From Thermoanaerobaculia bacterium (lineage in GTDB: Bacteria; Acidobacteriota; Thermoanaerobaculia; Multivoradales; J023), in the NCBI GenBank assembly GCA_028066595.1, contig JALCBJ010000021.1, positions 3,543-67,542 of the forward strand: DNA of 64,000 bases, given 5' to 3'. The first letter of the stretch is position 1; each line of letters starts with the position of its first letter. The translations under genes were made by a program, and so were the position numbers. Positions 37,991-47,248 of the stretch are shown here, piece by piece. The notes under the pieces are model-generated. The model saw nothing but the letters and a program-made list of their open reading frames with translations. It ran no database searches and was not told the origin of the DNA.

Positions 37991-40432
37991 TCACTCGTCA
38001 CGCAGAGCGTCCGTCGGCTGAAGCCGGGCAGCCCGCAACGCGGGCAGAATGCAGGCAGCGGTTGCGATCATCATGAGGACGGCGGCTCCGGCGACGTAGG
38101 TCGTCGGGTCGGTGGCCTCGATCCCGTAGAGGCGGCTTTCTAGAAGACGCGTGGCGAGGCTTGCCAGCCCGGCGCCCAGGACTGCACCGAGCAACGCCAG
38201 GCGGAGGCCCCTGCCAACGAACAAGCGCAAGACGCCACCCGGATCGGCGCCGAGCGCCATGCGCAGACCCACCTCGGAGCGTCGCAGACCGACGTCGTGA
38301 GACATGACGCTGTAGACGCCCACCACAGCGAGCAAGAGCGCAAGGCCCGCAAACACAGTGAGGAGCAAGGTGTCGAAGGAACGGTCGGCCGTGGAGCGGC
38401 GGACGACCTCGTCCATGGTCCGCACCCGATAGATCGGCTGCAGCGGATCTTGGGCGAGGACTGCCTGACGGATCTCTTCGGTCATGGCCTCGGGGATCAC
38501 CCGGGTACGCACCACGAGGCTCATCTCGCGAAGTGGCCGCTGCGCGGCCGGAAAGTACATCTCGGGACGCGGCGGACGGTCCAACCCGGCGTTCTGCACG
38601 TCGCCCACCACACCGACCACTCGCAGCCAACCGTCCTCGGAATCCGGAGCGCCGCCGAAACCGACCTGTGCACCCAATGGGCTCCGACCGGGCCAGTAGA
38701 GCTCGGCCAAGGTGCGGTTGATCATCACCACACCGGTGCTCTCGACATCGTCGGCCAAGCCGAAACCACGACCGGAGAGCAATGGGATGCCCAAGACCTG
38801 GAAATAGTCGCCCTCGATGACGCGATACTCCACCCAGGGATCCTCCTGGTTCGGCGGTTCCTCGCCGGCCACCCAGACCTTGGCGTTCCAACCCCAATCC
38901 TGAAACGGCAGCATCTGGATCCACCCCGCCGACTCGATTCCCGGCAGCTGAGAGATGCTGTCCTGAAGGCTTCGAAACGCGCCGGGCAGCGTCTCCGAGT
39001 CGTACCGCTCCTCCGGCATGGGCACGCGCAACGTCAGGACCTTCTCCGGATCCAGGCCCGTCTCGACACTCTCCAGGGCGGCCAGGCTCCGCACCATGAG
39101 CGCTGCGCCGAGAGTGACCGCCAACGCCAAGGCCATCTCGGCGACGACCAGCAGGCCGCGCATGCGGTCGCGATGACCCAACGCGCTACGCGCGGTACCG
39201 AGGGCCGAGCGCAGGTCGACGCGCGATGCGCGCCAGGCAGGTATCGCTCCTGCGAGCACTGCCGCCAAGAGCCCGGTCGCCAACGCGTAGAAGAAAACCC
39301 GCAGGTCGAGCGAGATTTCCAGCCCGCGAGGAAGGGTCGAACCCGGCAGCTGCGCCAGGAGCTTCACGGCCCAACCGCCCAGGAACAGTCCCAGGCCACC
39401 GCCGGCGAGGGCCAGGAGCAGCGACTCGATCAGCACGAGAACCGCGATACGGCTTCGCCCAGCTCCCAGCGCCGAGCGCAGCGCCATCTCTTGCCGACGC
39501 CGGGTGGCCCGGGCCAAGAGCAGATGGGCCACGTTGCCGCTGGCGATGAGCAACACGAAACCGACCGCACCCCAAAGGGCGTAGAGCACGGGACGAGCGT
39601 CACCGATCGTGTTCTCCTGCAGGGTCTTCAAGACGACACCGCGGCTATTCTGTTGTTTCGGGTGCTCCTCGGCGATCTGAGCAGCCAACGCCTCCATTTC
39701 GGCGATACCCGCCTCCAGATCCGCTCCTTCGGCCAGACGGCCGACAACACTCAGCCAATGGCTGCCCCGGCTCGAGTCTTCGTAGTGACGTGGTTCGAAG
39801 ATCTGCGGGAGCCAGAGATCGGTCTCCGACTTCGGTGGAAACTCGAAGTCAGCCGGCATGACTCCCGCCACTTGGTAGGCCTCGCCTCCTAGATCGATCG
39901 TGCCTCCGACAAGGGACTCGGCGCCTTCATAGCGCTGGCGCCAGAGGCGATCCGAGAGCACCACCACGCGACCATCGCCTTCCACGTCCTCTCGCGTCAG
40001 CACCCGGCCGCGTGCCGCCTGCACACCCAAGACGTCGAAGACCTGGGCCTCCAGGCGCACTGAACGGGCACGCTGGGGAACACCCCCCGAGGTGAGATTG
40101 ACGCTGGTGTAGCTATAGCCACCTATGGACTCGAAGCGGGTTGAGCGTTCACGCCAGTCGAAGAGGTTCGGCGCCGAGACCGAGCCGGTCCAGCGAGTGC
40201 CGTTACCTGCCTCGAAGCTCTCCCAGATGCGAACCACCCGATCGGGCTCGGAATAAGGTAGGTCGGAGAAAAGCACCGCATCGGCGACACTGAAAAGGGC
40301 GGCGTTCGCACCGATGCCAAGTGCCAAAGACAAAACCGACACCGCGACGAGCGCTGGACGACGGGAGAAGGAACGCAGCGCCTGTTTCAAGTCCCACGGA
40401 AGATGGTGAAAGTGCTCGAGGAATCTGGACAT
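37991..40432 (-). CDS. Duplicated MacB-like/FtsX permease (ADOP-type orphan ABC permease)
   Basis: Two MacB-periplasmic-domain + FtsX halves. The N-terminus DLKQALRSFSRRPALVAVSVLSLALGIGANAALFS is typical of the acidobacterial duplicated orphan permease family. ATG 40432. Confidence 0.85.
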   Translation of the reverse strand: MSRFLEHFHHLPWDLKQALRSFSRRPALVAVSVLSLALGIGANAALFSVADAVLFSDLPYSEPDRVVRIWESFEAGNGTRWTGSVSAPNLFDWRERSTRFESIGGYSYTSVNLTSGGVPQRARSVRLEAQVFDVLGVQAARGRVLTREDVEGDGRVVVLSDRLWRQRYEGAESLVGGTIDLGGEAYQVAGVMPADFEFPPKSETDLWLPQIFEPRHYEDSSRGSHWLSVVGRLAEGADLEAGIAEMEALAAQIAEEHPKQQNSRGVVLKTLQENTIGDARPVLYALWGAVGFVLLIASGNVAHLLLARATRRRQEMALRSALGAGRSRIAVLVLIESLLLALAGGGLGLFLGGWAVKLLAQLPGSTLPRGLEISLDLRVFFYALATGLLAAVLAGAIPAWRASRVDLRSALGTARSALGHRDRMRGLLVVAEMALALAVTLGAALMVRSLAALESVETGLDPEKVLTLRVPMPEERYDSETLPGAFRSLQDSISQLPGIESAGWIQMLPFQDWGWNAKVWVAGEEPPNQEDPWVEYRVIEGDYFQVLGIPLLSGRGFGLADDVESTGVVMINRTLAELYWPGRSPLGAQVGFGGAPDSEDGWLRVVGVVGDVQNAGLDRPPRPEMYFPAAQRPLREMSLVVRTRVIPEAMTEEIRQAVLAQDPLQPIYRVRTMDEVVRRSTADRSFDTLLLTVFAGLALLLAVVGVYSVMSHDVGLRRSEVGLRMALGADPGGVLRLFVGRGLRLALLGAVLGAGLASLATRLLESRLYGIEATDPTTYVAGAAVLMMIATAACILPALRAARLQPTDALRDE

Positions 40433-40576
40433 CGGTCTCTCCGAACGGACTACGTCGTGAGGGAAGCTTTCTCGCCTCCCTTGGACTCCGGTCGGCGCGG
40501 ATTGGTTCGCATCGAGATGGGAGATCTCTCCGGCTTGCCCCTGTCGCTCGCGCCGATCCACCCTTAGAATCCCTAC

Positions 40577-43129
40577 GTGACCCAGCGACACGACGAGGGA
40601 GATCCCGGTCCGACCAAGACCTCATTGGATTTCCTATCCGATTCCAGCGCCCATTCGGCCACCAGCTTGGACGGCGCTCAGTTCCCCCCAGGCTCCATCC
40701 TGGCGGGCCGATACCGACTCGTCGCCCTTCTCGGTCGAGGGGGGATGGGTGAGGTCTATCGCGCCGAAGATCTGAAGCTGGGGGAACCGGTCGCGGTGAA
40801 GTTCCTGCCCGAGGATCTGTCGGTGGACGGAGCAGCGCTGGCCCGCTTTCATCGCGAGGTGCGGGTGGCACGGCAGATCGCTCACCGCAACGTGTGCCGG
40901 GTCCATGACATCGGCGAGGCGGAGGGGCACCACTTCCTGACGATGGAGTACATCGACGGCGAAGACCTCAGATCGCTACTGCTGCGCATCGGTCGCCTGC
41001 CGCCCGACAAGGCACTGGAGGTGGCGCGACAGATTTGTGCCGGGTTGGGAGCGGCCCACGAGGCAGGTGTCCTGCATCGCGACCTGAAGCCCGCCAACAT
41101 CATGATCGACGGCAAGGGTCGCGCCAAGATCACCGATTTCGGGCTCGCCAGCCTGCAGAGCGAGCTGCGAAGTCCCGACGACACAGCGGAGCATGCCCAG
41201 TTCCTCGGCACGCCCGACTACATGGCGCCCGAGCAGCTCCGCGGCGAAGAGTCGACCCTGCATTCCGACATCTACTCGTTGGGTTTGGTGCTCTACGAGA
41301 TGTTCACCGGCGGCAAGGCATTTCCGGACGAGAACTGGCGCCGGGTCATCGTGCAAGGCAGACGTGAGAAGCCGCCGGAGAACCCGGCATCCCAGGTCAG
41401 CGGAGTCGACGCCCGGATCGGCGATGCCATCCTCCGCTGTCTGGAGAACGAGCCGGCCGATCGGCCGCGCTCTGCGCTCGCCGTGGCGACGCTGCTTCCG
41501 GGGGGTGATCCGTTGCGTGCCGCCCTCGAGGCCGGCGAGACGCCGTCGCCGGAAATGGTCGCCGATGCGCAGCGGGCCGGTGCCATATCTTCCAAGCACG
41601 GCCTCGCACTCCTCGCGCTCTTTTTCCTGTCACTGCTCGTCGTGCACTATGCGGGGCGCCACTTCACGCTCATCGGCATGGTGGATCCCGAGTTACCGCC
41701 GGAGATCCTCGAGGATCGAGCCCGTATCCAACTCGAGGAGCTCGGGTGGGATGAGCCCGTCCTGGACGACTACGGTCGCTACATTCCCAACTACGACCGT
41801 CTCGGACGGCTGAACAAGGAGGTCCACGGTCTAGATGCCTGGCGCGAGGTGGTCGACACCCGTCCGTCGCTCCTCAACTATTGGTATCGCCAGTCGCCGC
41901 GACCCCTTGCCTCGGAACAAATCCGACCGCGCGTCTTCGATCCTTTCCCGCTGCCCGGCGAAGCCTGGATCGAGCTCGACCATACGGGCCGACTCAACGG
42001 TCTGCGCCTCGATCCGGTAGGCCAGCCGCCGCCAGGGGAACCGGACTGGCAGAAGGTATTCGAGCTCGCCGAGCTCGAAGCGGAGCACATGCTGCCGTTG
42101 CCATCGCCGCCGATTCGGCTGGATCAGTCCATGCCATTTCACGATCGCCGCTGGGCCTGGCAGACCGAGCTCGACGGCGAGATGGTGACGGTGGTGGCGG
42201 CTTCGTTCGGCGCCCAACCCGTCTTCTTTCGCTTTACCGAACCGCCCGACACGCCGCTCGCAACCCCGACCTGGCTCTCGTCGATCTGGATCCTGGTCGC
42301 ATTCCTGGTCCTGCTGGCAGCGGCACCGGTCATGGTGGTACGCAATCTGCGCCGCCACCGATGCGACATCCAAGGTGGTTTGTCGCTAGCTCTTTTCATC
42401 GGCGCCGCCACCTTGGTCGGCAACATGCTGGCCGCTCACCATCTGCCGGGTGCGCTCGAAGTACAGAAGATCTTCGACGTCCTGGGAACCACCGCGTTTC
42501 GGGCGCTCGTCGTCTTCCTGGTCTATCTCGCCATCGAGCCACCGATCCGCGGCCGGGCGCCACAGCTGATCGTGTCGTGGACGCGGCTGATTCGTGGGCG
42601 CTACCGCGATCCGCTGGTGGCTCGCGACGTGCTCCTCGGGTTGGCCCTCGGTCTGCCGCTCTTGTGGCTGGCGACACCGTCCCTGCAACCTTGGGAGCTC
42701 ACCCGTAGCCAGCCTTGGCAGGTTCACGGCATCAGCTTCAAGCTCTCGGGCATGACCGGCATCCCGTTGATCCAGGCGATGACCTTCTTCCTGGCGACCG
42801 CGGGAGTGCTGGGTATGTGCCTGGGCTTGTCTCTGCTCCTCGGCTGGACGAAACGGTTGTGGCTTGCTGCCACGATCTTCGCAATCCTGGCGTCCCTGGC
42901 GTCCGGCCAGCCCTTTGCGGCTTTGGTCATGACCGGCCTGCTCGCCCGCTTCGGCGTGCTGACGGCCGCCGTGGCCTGGACGGCCAGCGATTGGGTGAAC
43001 TTCTTCCCCACCACCCTCGATCCGTCGAATTGGTGGGCTTGGCCCAACGCTTGGTGGACGTCCGTTCTGCTGTTGGCAGTGGCCGTCTACGCCTATCGCA
43101 TGGCGGTGCAAGGCGAGGTCGCGGCTTGA
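40577..43129 (+). CDS. Ser/Thr protein kinase fused to a polytopic membrane C-terminal region
   Basis: GRGGMGEVYRA, AVKFL, HRDLKPANIM, DFGLA and APEQ. GTG start. The C-terminal ~500 aa has multiple hydrophobic helices. Confidence 0.88.
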   Translation: MTQRHDEGDPGPTKTSLDFLSDSSAHSATSLDGAQFPPGSILAGRYRLVALLGRGGMGEVYRAEDLKLGEPVAVKFLPEDLSVDGAALARFHREVRVARQIAHRNVCRVHDIGEAEGHHFLTMEYIDGEDLRSLLLRIGRLPPDKALEVARQICAGLGAAHEAGVLHRDLKPANIMIDGKGRAKITDFGLASLQSELRSPDDTAEHAQFLGTPDYMAPEQLRGEESTLHSDIYSLGLVLYEMFTGGKAFPDENWRRVIVQGRREKPPENPASQVSGVDARIGDAILRCLENEPADRPRSALAVATLLPGGDPLRAALEAGETPSPEMVADAQRAGAISSKHGLALLALFFLSLLVVHYAGRHFTLIGMVDPELPPEILEDRARIQLEELGWDEPVLDDYGRYIPNYDRLGRLNKEVHGLDAWREVVDTRPSLLNYWYRQSPRPLASEQIRPRVFDPFPLPGEAWIELDHTGRLNGLRLDPVGQPPPGEPDWQKVFELAELEAEHMLPLPSPPIRLDQSMPFHDRRWAWQTELDGEMVTVVAASFGAQPVFFRFTEPPDTPLATPTWLSSIWILVAFLVLLAAAPVMVVRNLRRHRCDIQGGLSLALFIGAATLVGNMLAAHHLPGALEVQKIFDVLGTTAFRALVVFLVYLAIEPPIRGRAPQLIVSWTRLIRGRYRDPLVARDVLLGLALGLPLLWLATPSLQPWELTRSQPWQVHGISFKLSGMTGIPLIQAMTFFLATAGVLGMCLGLSLLLGWTKRLWLAATIFAILASLASGQPFAALVMTGLLARFGVLTAAVAWTASDWVNFFPTTLDPSNWWAWPNAWWTSVLLLAVAVYAYRMAVQGEVAA

Positions 43130-43314
43130 GCGCTCGCGAGCTCGACGACATTCTCCGCCGACCCTCGTTCAACTACCCCGAAGCGAAGCGGTTGACAGTT
43201 CCGTTTCGACCCGCTCGAGACGAGAGCTTCGAGTAGGCGACATCGTGATCCATTCGCCGTCCGGGCCTCCGACTGGTCGCGCACCTTTCGCTTCATCCAA
43301 GGGCGGCCGTTCCA

Positions 43315-43932
43315 TCAAGACCCGCCATCGCCACCAGCCTTCAGGCTGGCGCAATCGGTAGTGTCGGAACCATCCCGACAGGCACCGATACCCACATAGC
43401 GGGATTCGTCACATTCCTCGTCGCGAGCGTGTTCGCAACTGTCATCCCCACCAATAGCCAGCGGCCGGCAATCCGCTGCATCGGTTCCGGCCTCGCAGTA
43501 ACCGGTGCCACCGAACTGCGCATCATCACATTGCAGGTCACTGGCGTACTCGCACGAGTTGTCTCCAAGCAGCCGTTGAAGGTTCAAAGGCAAGCTTGAA
43601 AACAAGGCCGCATCCTTCTCCGCCAGGGTTTGCGCGTTCGCGCAGTCGTTAGCGTCCGTGCCATCGCGACAGGTACCGCTTCCGCCGAAGAACCGTGGTT
43701 CATCACATTCGCCATCATTGGCATGATGGCAGGTGTTGTCGCTTTCACTACCGCTAGCGACGATCGCGCAGTCAAAGGAATCAGTGCCATCCGAACAATG
43801 GCCAGTACCGCCAAAGCGAGCCTCATCGCATGCATTGTCATTTGCGAAAAAGCAGGAATCACTCTGTGCTGCCGCCGCAATCGGCAGAAGCAGGGAGCTA
43901 AAGCCAAGCATGATGATGGTGAGTGTACGCAT
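43315..43932 (-). CDS. Secreted protein made of four Cys-rich acidic repeats
   Basis: Signal peptide MRTLTIIMLGFSSLLLPIAAAAQ. The four repeats fit C-x6-C-D-[ED]-x(7,8)-C-x-[DA]-G-[TS]-D-x3-C, for example CHHANDGECDEPRFFGGSGTCRDGTDANDC. Confidence 0.75.
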   Translation of the reverse strand: MRTLTIIMLGFSSLLLPIAAAAQSDSCFFANDNACDEARFGGTGHCSDGTDSFDCAIVASGSESDNTCHHANDGECDEPRFFGGSGTCRDGTDANDCANAQTLAEKDAALFSSLPLNLQRLLGDNSCEYASDLQCDDAQFGGTGYCEAGTDAADCRPLAIGGDDSCEHARDEECDESRYVGIGACRDGSDTTDCASLKAGGDGGS

Positions 43933-44145
43933 CTTCTTCCCAAATCGCGATGTCGTTCGGAGTATCTGGTTCTTGTGTCGACCAGTCAAGGGTCTTGAAT
44001 CTGGAGTTTGCTGGACCAGCTAGGAAGCGACGCAGTTGACCGCGCGATCGGTAGCCGCACCCTGTACAGCAGCCGCACCCCGTATACGATCGGCGCGATC
44101 GGCCAGCATCCAGGGCGGAGTGCGTGCGCTCCGTGCCGTCCATCG

Positions 44146-44796
44146 TTAGTTGGGTGTCAAACTCCGCCAGATCTCCTGTGCACGGCGGTCGAAGGCATCG
44201 GCCGCAAGCTCGGCCACCTCGGCGTCATCCAGCTGGTGCACGAGCCGCGCGATGCGCTGTACTCTCCCGATCCGATCTTCGATTTGCAGCACGTTGCCGG
44301 CGAGAGCTTTGACCGTTCCGTACTTGGACAGATACGGACCCCGATCCAAAAGCCGCGCCACCTCGACCGCATCGGCATTGGCCAGGGTCCCTTGTACCCG
44401 CCGCGTTTGGAGCAGGGGGCTGGTGTCGTAGTTGCCGCTTCGCGCTTCCCTCTCCAGGGTTTCGTAGTCGGCCACCCGCAGTGTGCCTTGTGTAACGTCC
44501 ATTCCCAGACCATTCATTCGCAAGATCGCATCCAACGCCTGATCCCAAGGCACGCCGCGGAGCTCCACGGTCACCGTACCCTTCACTCCGGGCTGGATGA
44601 TCAGGTTGAATCCACCGATGCGCGAGAACGTGCGCAAGGTCTCGACCAAGTCGGCATCGCGAAGCGACATGCTGATGGGCTCGCCCACGTACCGCTCGTC
44701 GGCTGCCGCGCTCCGGCTGGCCATGGTCCACGAGATGGGTTGGGCAAAGACGGGGAGGACGAAGCCGATCATGAAGAAGCCAGCGGCTATACGCAC
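44146..44796 (-). CDS. Stand-alone secretin N-terminal-domain protein (PilQ N0/N1-like) lacking a secretin pore domain
   Basis: ISMSLRDADLVETLRTFSRIGGFNLIIQPGVKGTVTVELRGVPWDQALDAILRMNGL matches the PilQ-type N-domain pattern and is followed by a Secretin_N-like unit. GTG 44796 (or ATG 44772) gives a signal-like RIAAGFFMIGFVLPVFA. The longer listed ORF overlaps the upstream gene. Confidence 0.6.
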   Translation of the reverse strand: MRIAAGFFMIGFVLPVFAQPISWTMASRSAAADERYVGEPISMSLRDADLVETLRTFSRIGGFNLIIQPGVKGTVTVELRGVPWDQALDAILRMNGLGMDVTQGTLRVADYETLEREARSGNYDTSPLLQTRRVQGTLANADAVEVARLLDRGPYLSKYGTVKALAGNVLQIEDRIGRVQRIARLVHQLDDAEVAELAADAFDRRAQEIWRSLTPN

Positions 44797-44822
44797 GAGA
44801 CCTCGACGGACACAGTGTCTAG

Positions 44823-47039
44823 TCACGCAGATGCCTCCACCGACGCGGCAGCGGATTTCGCGGCGGGACGACCCTTCGGCCGTGCCACGACTGTCACCGA
44901 CAGACCCGAGAAGGCCGCATTGCCGGTGAGATCGTCGATCCGCCGCGAATCGTTGAGGTCGTTGACACTCGCACCCGGCCTTCCGGATGCCGTCGTCAAG
45001 CGAACACCCTCGCGGGCATGACCGAAGCCATGGGGCATGGATACGACCCCCGGCATCATCTCGTCTGAAATCTCCAGCGGCACCTCGATCTCCCCGACTC
45101 GGGAGGAAACCCGCACGTGGTCGCCGTCGGACAGACTCCGCGCGACGGCATCGTCCGGATGCATCAAGAGGGTGCAGCGATCCGAGCCCTTCATCAACCG
45201 CGGGTAGTTGTGCATCCACGAGTTGTTGGAACGCACCTGGCGACGGCCGATCAAGGTCAGGCGACCGGCTCGGTTCTGCCACTGGGCAGCCATCCCGTCC
45301 GCGCGCTGCCGAAGGCGGGAGACGTCTTCCACCAGCTCTGCGGGCGCCAGATGGATCCGGCGATCCGGGGTCTGCAAACGGTCGGGCAGGCTAGGCTTGA
45401 GCGCGCCCAGGTCGATTCCGTGCGGATACCGTTTGAGCCTCTCGAGGCTGAGGCCCTTGCCGAATGGAAGGAAGGATCGCAGGCCGCTGCCGTAGGGCCC
45501 GCTGCGCAGAGCCAGGTCGAGCAATACGTGGGGTCCACGGGACGCTACGGCCCACCACGAGCGCTGGGCGAACGTCGGTTTCGTGACCAGACGCTTCTGC
45601 AACTCCAACAAGATCTGCCAGTCATGGCGCGTGTCGTCAGCTGGGGTGAACAGCGGCTCGCTGTAGCGCGCGGTGTCGCGTATGGCGAGCGCATGAAAGA
45701 TCAGATCGTAGTGGTCGTGCTCCAGCGAGGCGGTGGGCGGCAGGATGACGTCCGCATGCCGCGTGGTCTCATTGATGTAGAAATCGATGCTGACCACGAA
45801 TTCGGCATCGGCCAGAGCCAGGTCGAGCCTGCGGCCGTCCGGCGTGGAAAGCACTGGATTGCCCGCAGAGGTGACCAACGCCCGAACCGCGCCGGCCTCC
45901 ATGTCTTCCGCCAAGCTGGAAACCGGTAGCTCTCCGCCGAACTCCGGTAGCTCACGCACATGGCTGGTCCACCGACGGAAGCTACCTGGCTTCTTTTTCA
46001 ACTTCACGACGTCGACAGCCGGCCGCGTGAACATGGCACCGCCGGGTCGATCCAGATTGCCGGTAACCACGTTGATCACGTTGATCAACCACTGACAGAG
46101 GCCGCCGAACTCCTGGGTAGAGACCCCCATGCGGCCGTAGCAGACGGCACTGTCGGCGGCGCAGAAATCCCGTGTCAGCTGGCGTACTGCGTCGGCGCTT
46201 ACGCCGGTGATCTTCGAAGTGGTTTCCGGATCGAACTCCGTCGCCAGCTCGCGCATGACGCCGATTCCGTCGGTGAACGCGGCCAGCCGTCCGGGTTGGT
46301 CCAACCCTTCTTGAAAGATCACGTGCAGTAACGAGAACAGGAACCATGCGTCGGTCCCGGGTCGGATGAAGACATGCCCGCCGGCCAAGTTCGCCGTCTC
46401 GGTCCGGCGAGGATCGACCACCACCACTCGCCCGCCTCGTTCCTGAATGGCCCCCAGCCTCTTCTTCACGTCGGGGGCCGTCATCAAGCTGCCGTTGGAC
46501 ACCGCGGGATTACCGCCCAAACAGAGAAAAAACTGGGTGCGGTCGAGATCGGGTACGGGCAGGAGAAGGATGTGCCCGTACAGAAAATAGCTCGAGAAAT
46601 GATGCGGCAGCTGGTCGACGCTTGTAGCGCTGTAGCGATGGCGCGTGCGCAATGCATGGATCAGCGGCGGGCCGTAGAGCAGGCTGCCGTAGTTGTGCAC
46701 GTTCGGATTGCCGCCGTAGATCGCTACCGCATCGCGACCGTGGTGCGCCTGTACCCGGCGAATGCCCGCCTCGACCAGCTCGAAGGCCTGTTCCCAACTG
46801 ATTCGCTGCCAGCCGCCATGCTCTGTCTTCTTCACCGGATGGCGCAGCCGGTCAGGGTCACCGTGAATGTCCTGGAGCGCAACCGCCTTCGGACAAATAT
46901 GTCCGCGGCTGAACGGATCGTTCTCGTCGCCGCGGATCGACACCACTTCGCCATCCCGGACCCGGATCTCGAGCCCGCACATCGCCTCGCAAAGGTTGCA
47001 CGAACGGTGATGCACAAGCTCGGCGGCTGAGTTGGTCAT
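44823..47039 (-). CDS. Molybdopterin-dependent oxidoreductase (formate dehydrogenase/nitrate reductase superfamily), cytoplasmic
   Basis: N-terminal 4Fe-4S motif HRSCNLCEAMCG...GHICPK, with MopB and C-terminal molybdopterin dinucleotide-binding regions. No Tat signal. Confidence 0.85.
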   Translation of the reverse strand: MTNSAAELVHHRSCNLCEAMCGLEIRVRDGEVVSIRGDENDPFSRGHICPKAVALQDIHGDPDRLRHPVKKTEHGGWQRISWEQAFELVEAGIRRVQAHHGRDAVAIYGGNPNVHNYGSLLYGPPLIHALRTRHRYSATSVDQLPHHFSSYFLYGHILLLPVPDLDRTQFFLCLGGNPAVSNGSLMTAPDVKKRLGAIQERGGRVVVVDPRRTETANLAGGHVFIRPGTDAWFLFSLLHVIFQEGLDQPGRLAAFTDGIGVMRELATEFDPETTSKITGVSADAVRQLTRDFCAADSAVCYGRMGVSTQEFGGLCQWLINVINVVTGNLDRPGGAMFTRPAVDVVKLKKKPGSFRRWTSHVRELPEFGGELPVSSLAEDMEAGAVRALVTSAGNPVLSTPDGRRLDLALADAEFVVSIDFYINETTRHADVILPPTASLEHDHYDLIFHALAIRDTARYSEPLFTPADDTRHDWQILLELQKRLVTKPTFAQRSWWAVASRGPHVLLDLALRSGPYGSGLRSFLPFGKGLSLERLKRYPHGIDLGALKPSLPDRLQTPDRRIHLAPAELVEDVSRLRQRADGMAAQWQNRAGRLTLIGRRQVRSNNSWMHNYPRLMKGSDRCTLLMHPDDAVARSLSDGDHVRVSSRVGEIEVPLEISDEMMPGVVSMPHGFGHAREGVRLTTASGRPGASVNDLNDSRRIDDLTGNAAFSGLSVTVVARPKGRPAAKSAAASVEASA

Positions 47040-47248
47040 GGCGCTCCCATCGAAGAATCGATCGATCGGCTCTCCGCCTGATCGTTGAACCTATCGAGAA
47101 TTATAGACAGCCACCTGGATCTCGCCCTGAGCGGCACCGTCGCCAGCGCGGCGGCACACCGCAAGATCCAGGTCGCGGCGCTGCGACGCGCTACGGAGAA
47201 TGAGTCCGCCGGCCGATGCACGGCCGAACCGTTCGGAAAGGAACCGAC

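Noticed and set aside
38297-39892. 531-aa plus-strand ORF
   Set aside because: It is antisense to the ADOP/FtsX permease gene, and its composition (Arg, Gln, His, Gly runs) is not protein-like. The same reasoning rejects 35665..36801(+) opposite the cysteine desulfurase, 30360..31343(-) opposite the DHH gene, 29303..30169(+) opposite metX, 49359..50420(-) opposite the quinone oxidoreductase, 44008..45021(+), 45117..45929(+), 57636..58835(-) and 12146..12868(+).
44823-47039. Selenocysteine recoding in the molybdopterin oxidoreductase
   Set aside because: The ORF is continuous with no in-frame TGA, and a Cys/Ser-type enzyme is sufficient to explain it. I recognised no SECIS-like requirement.
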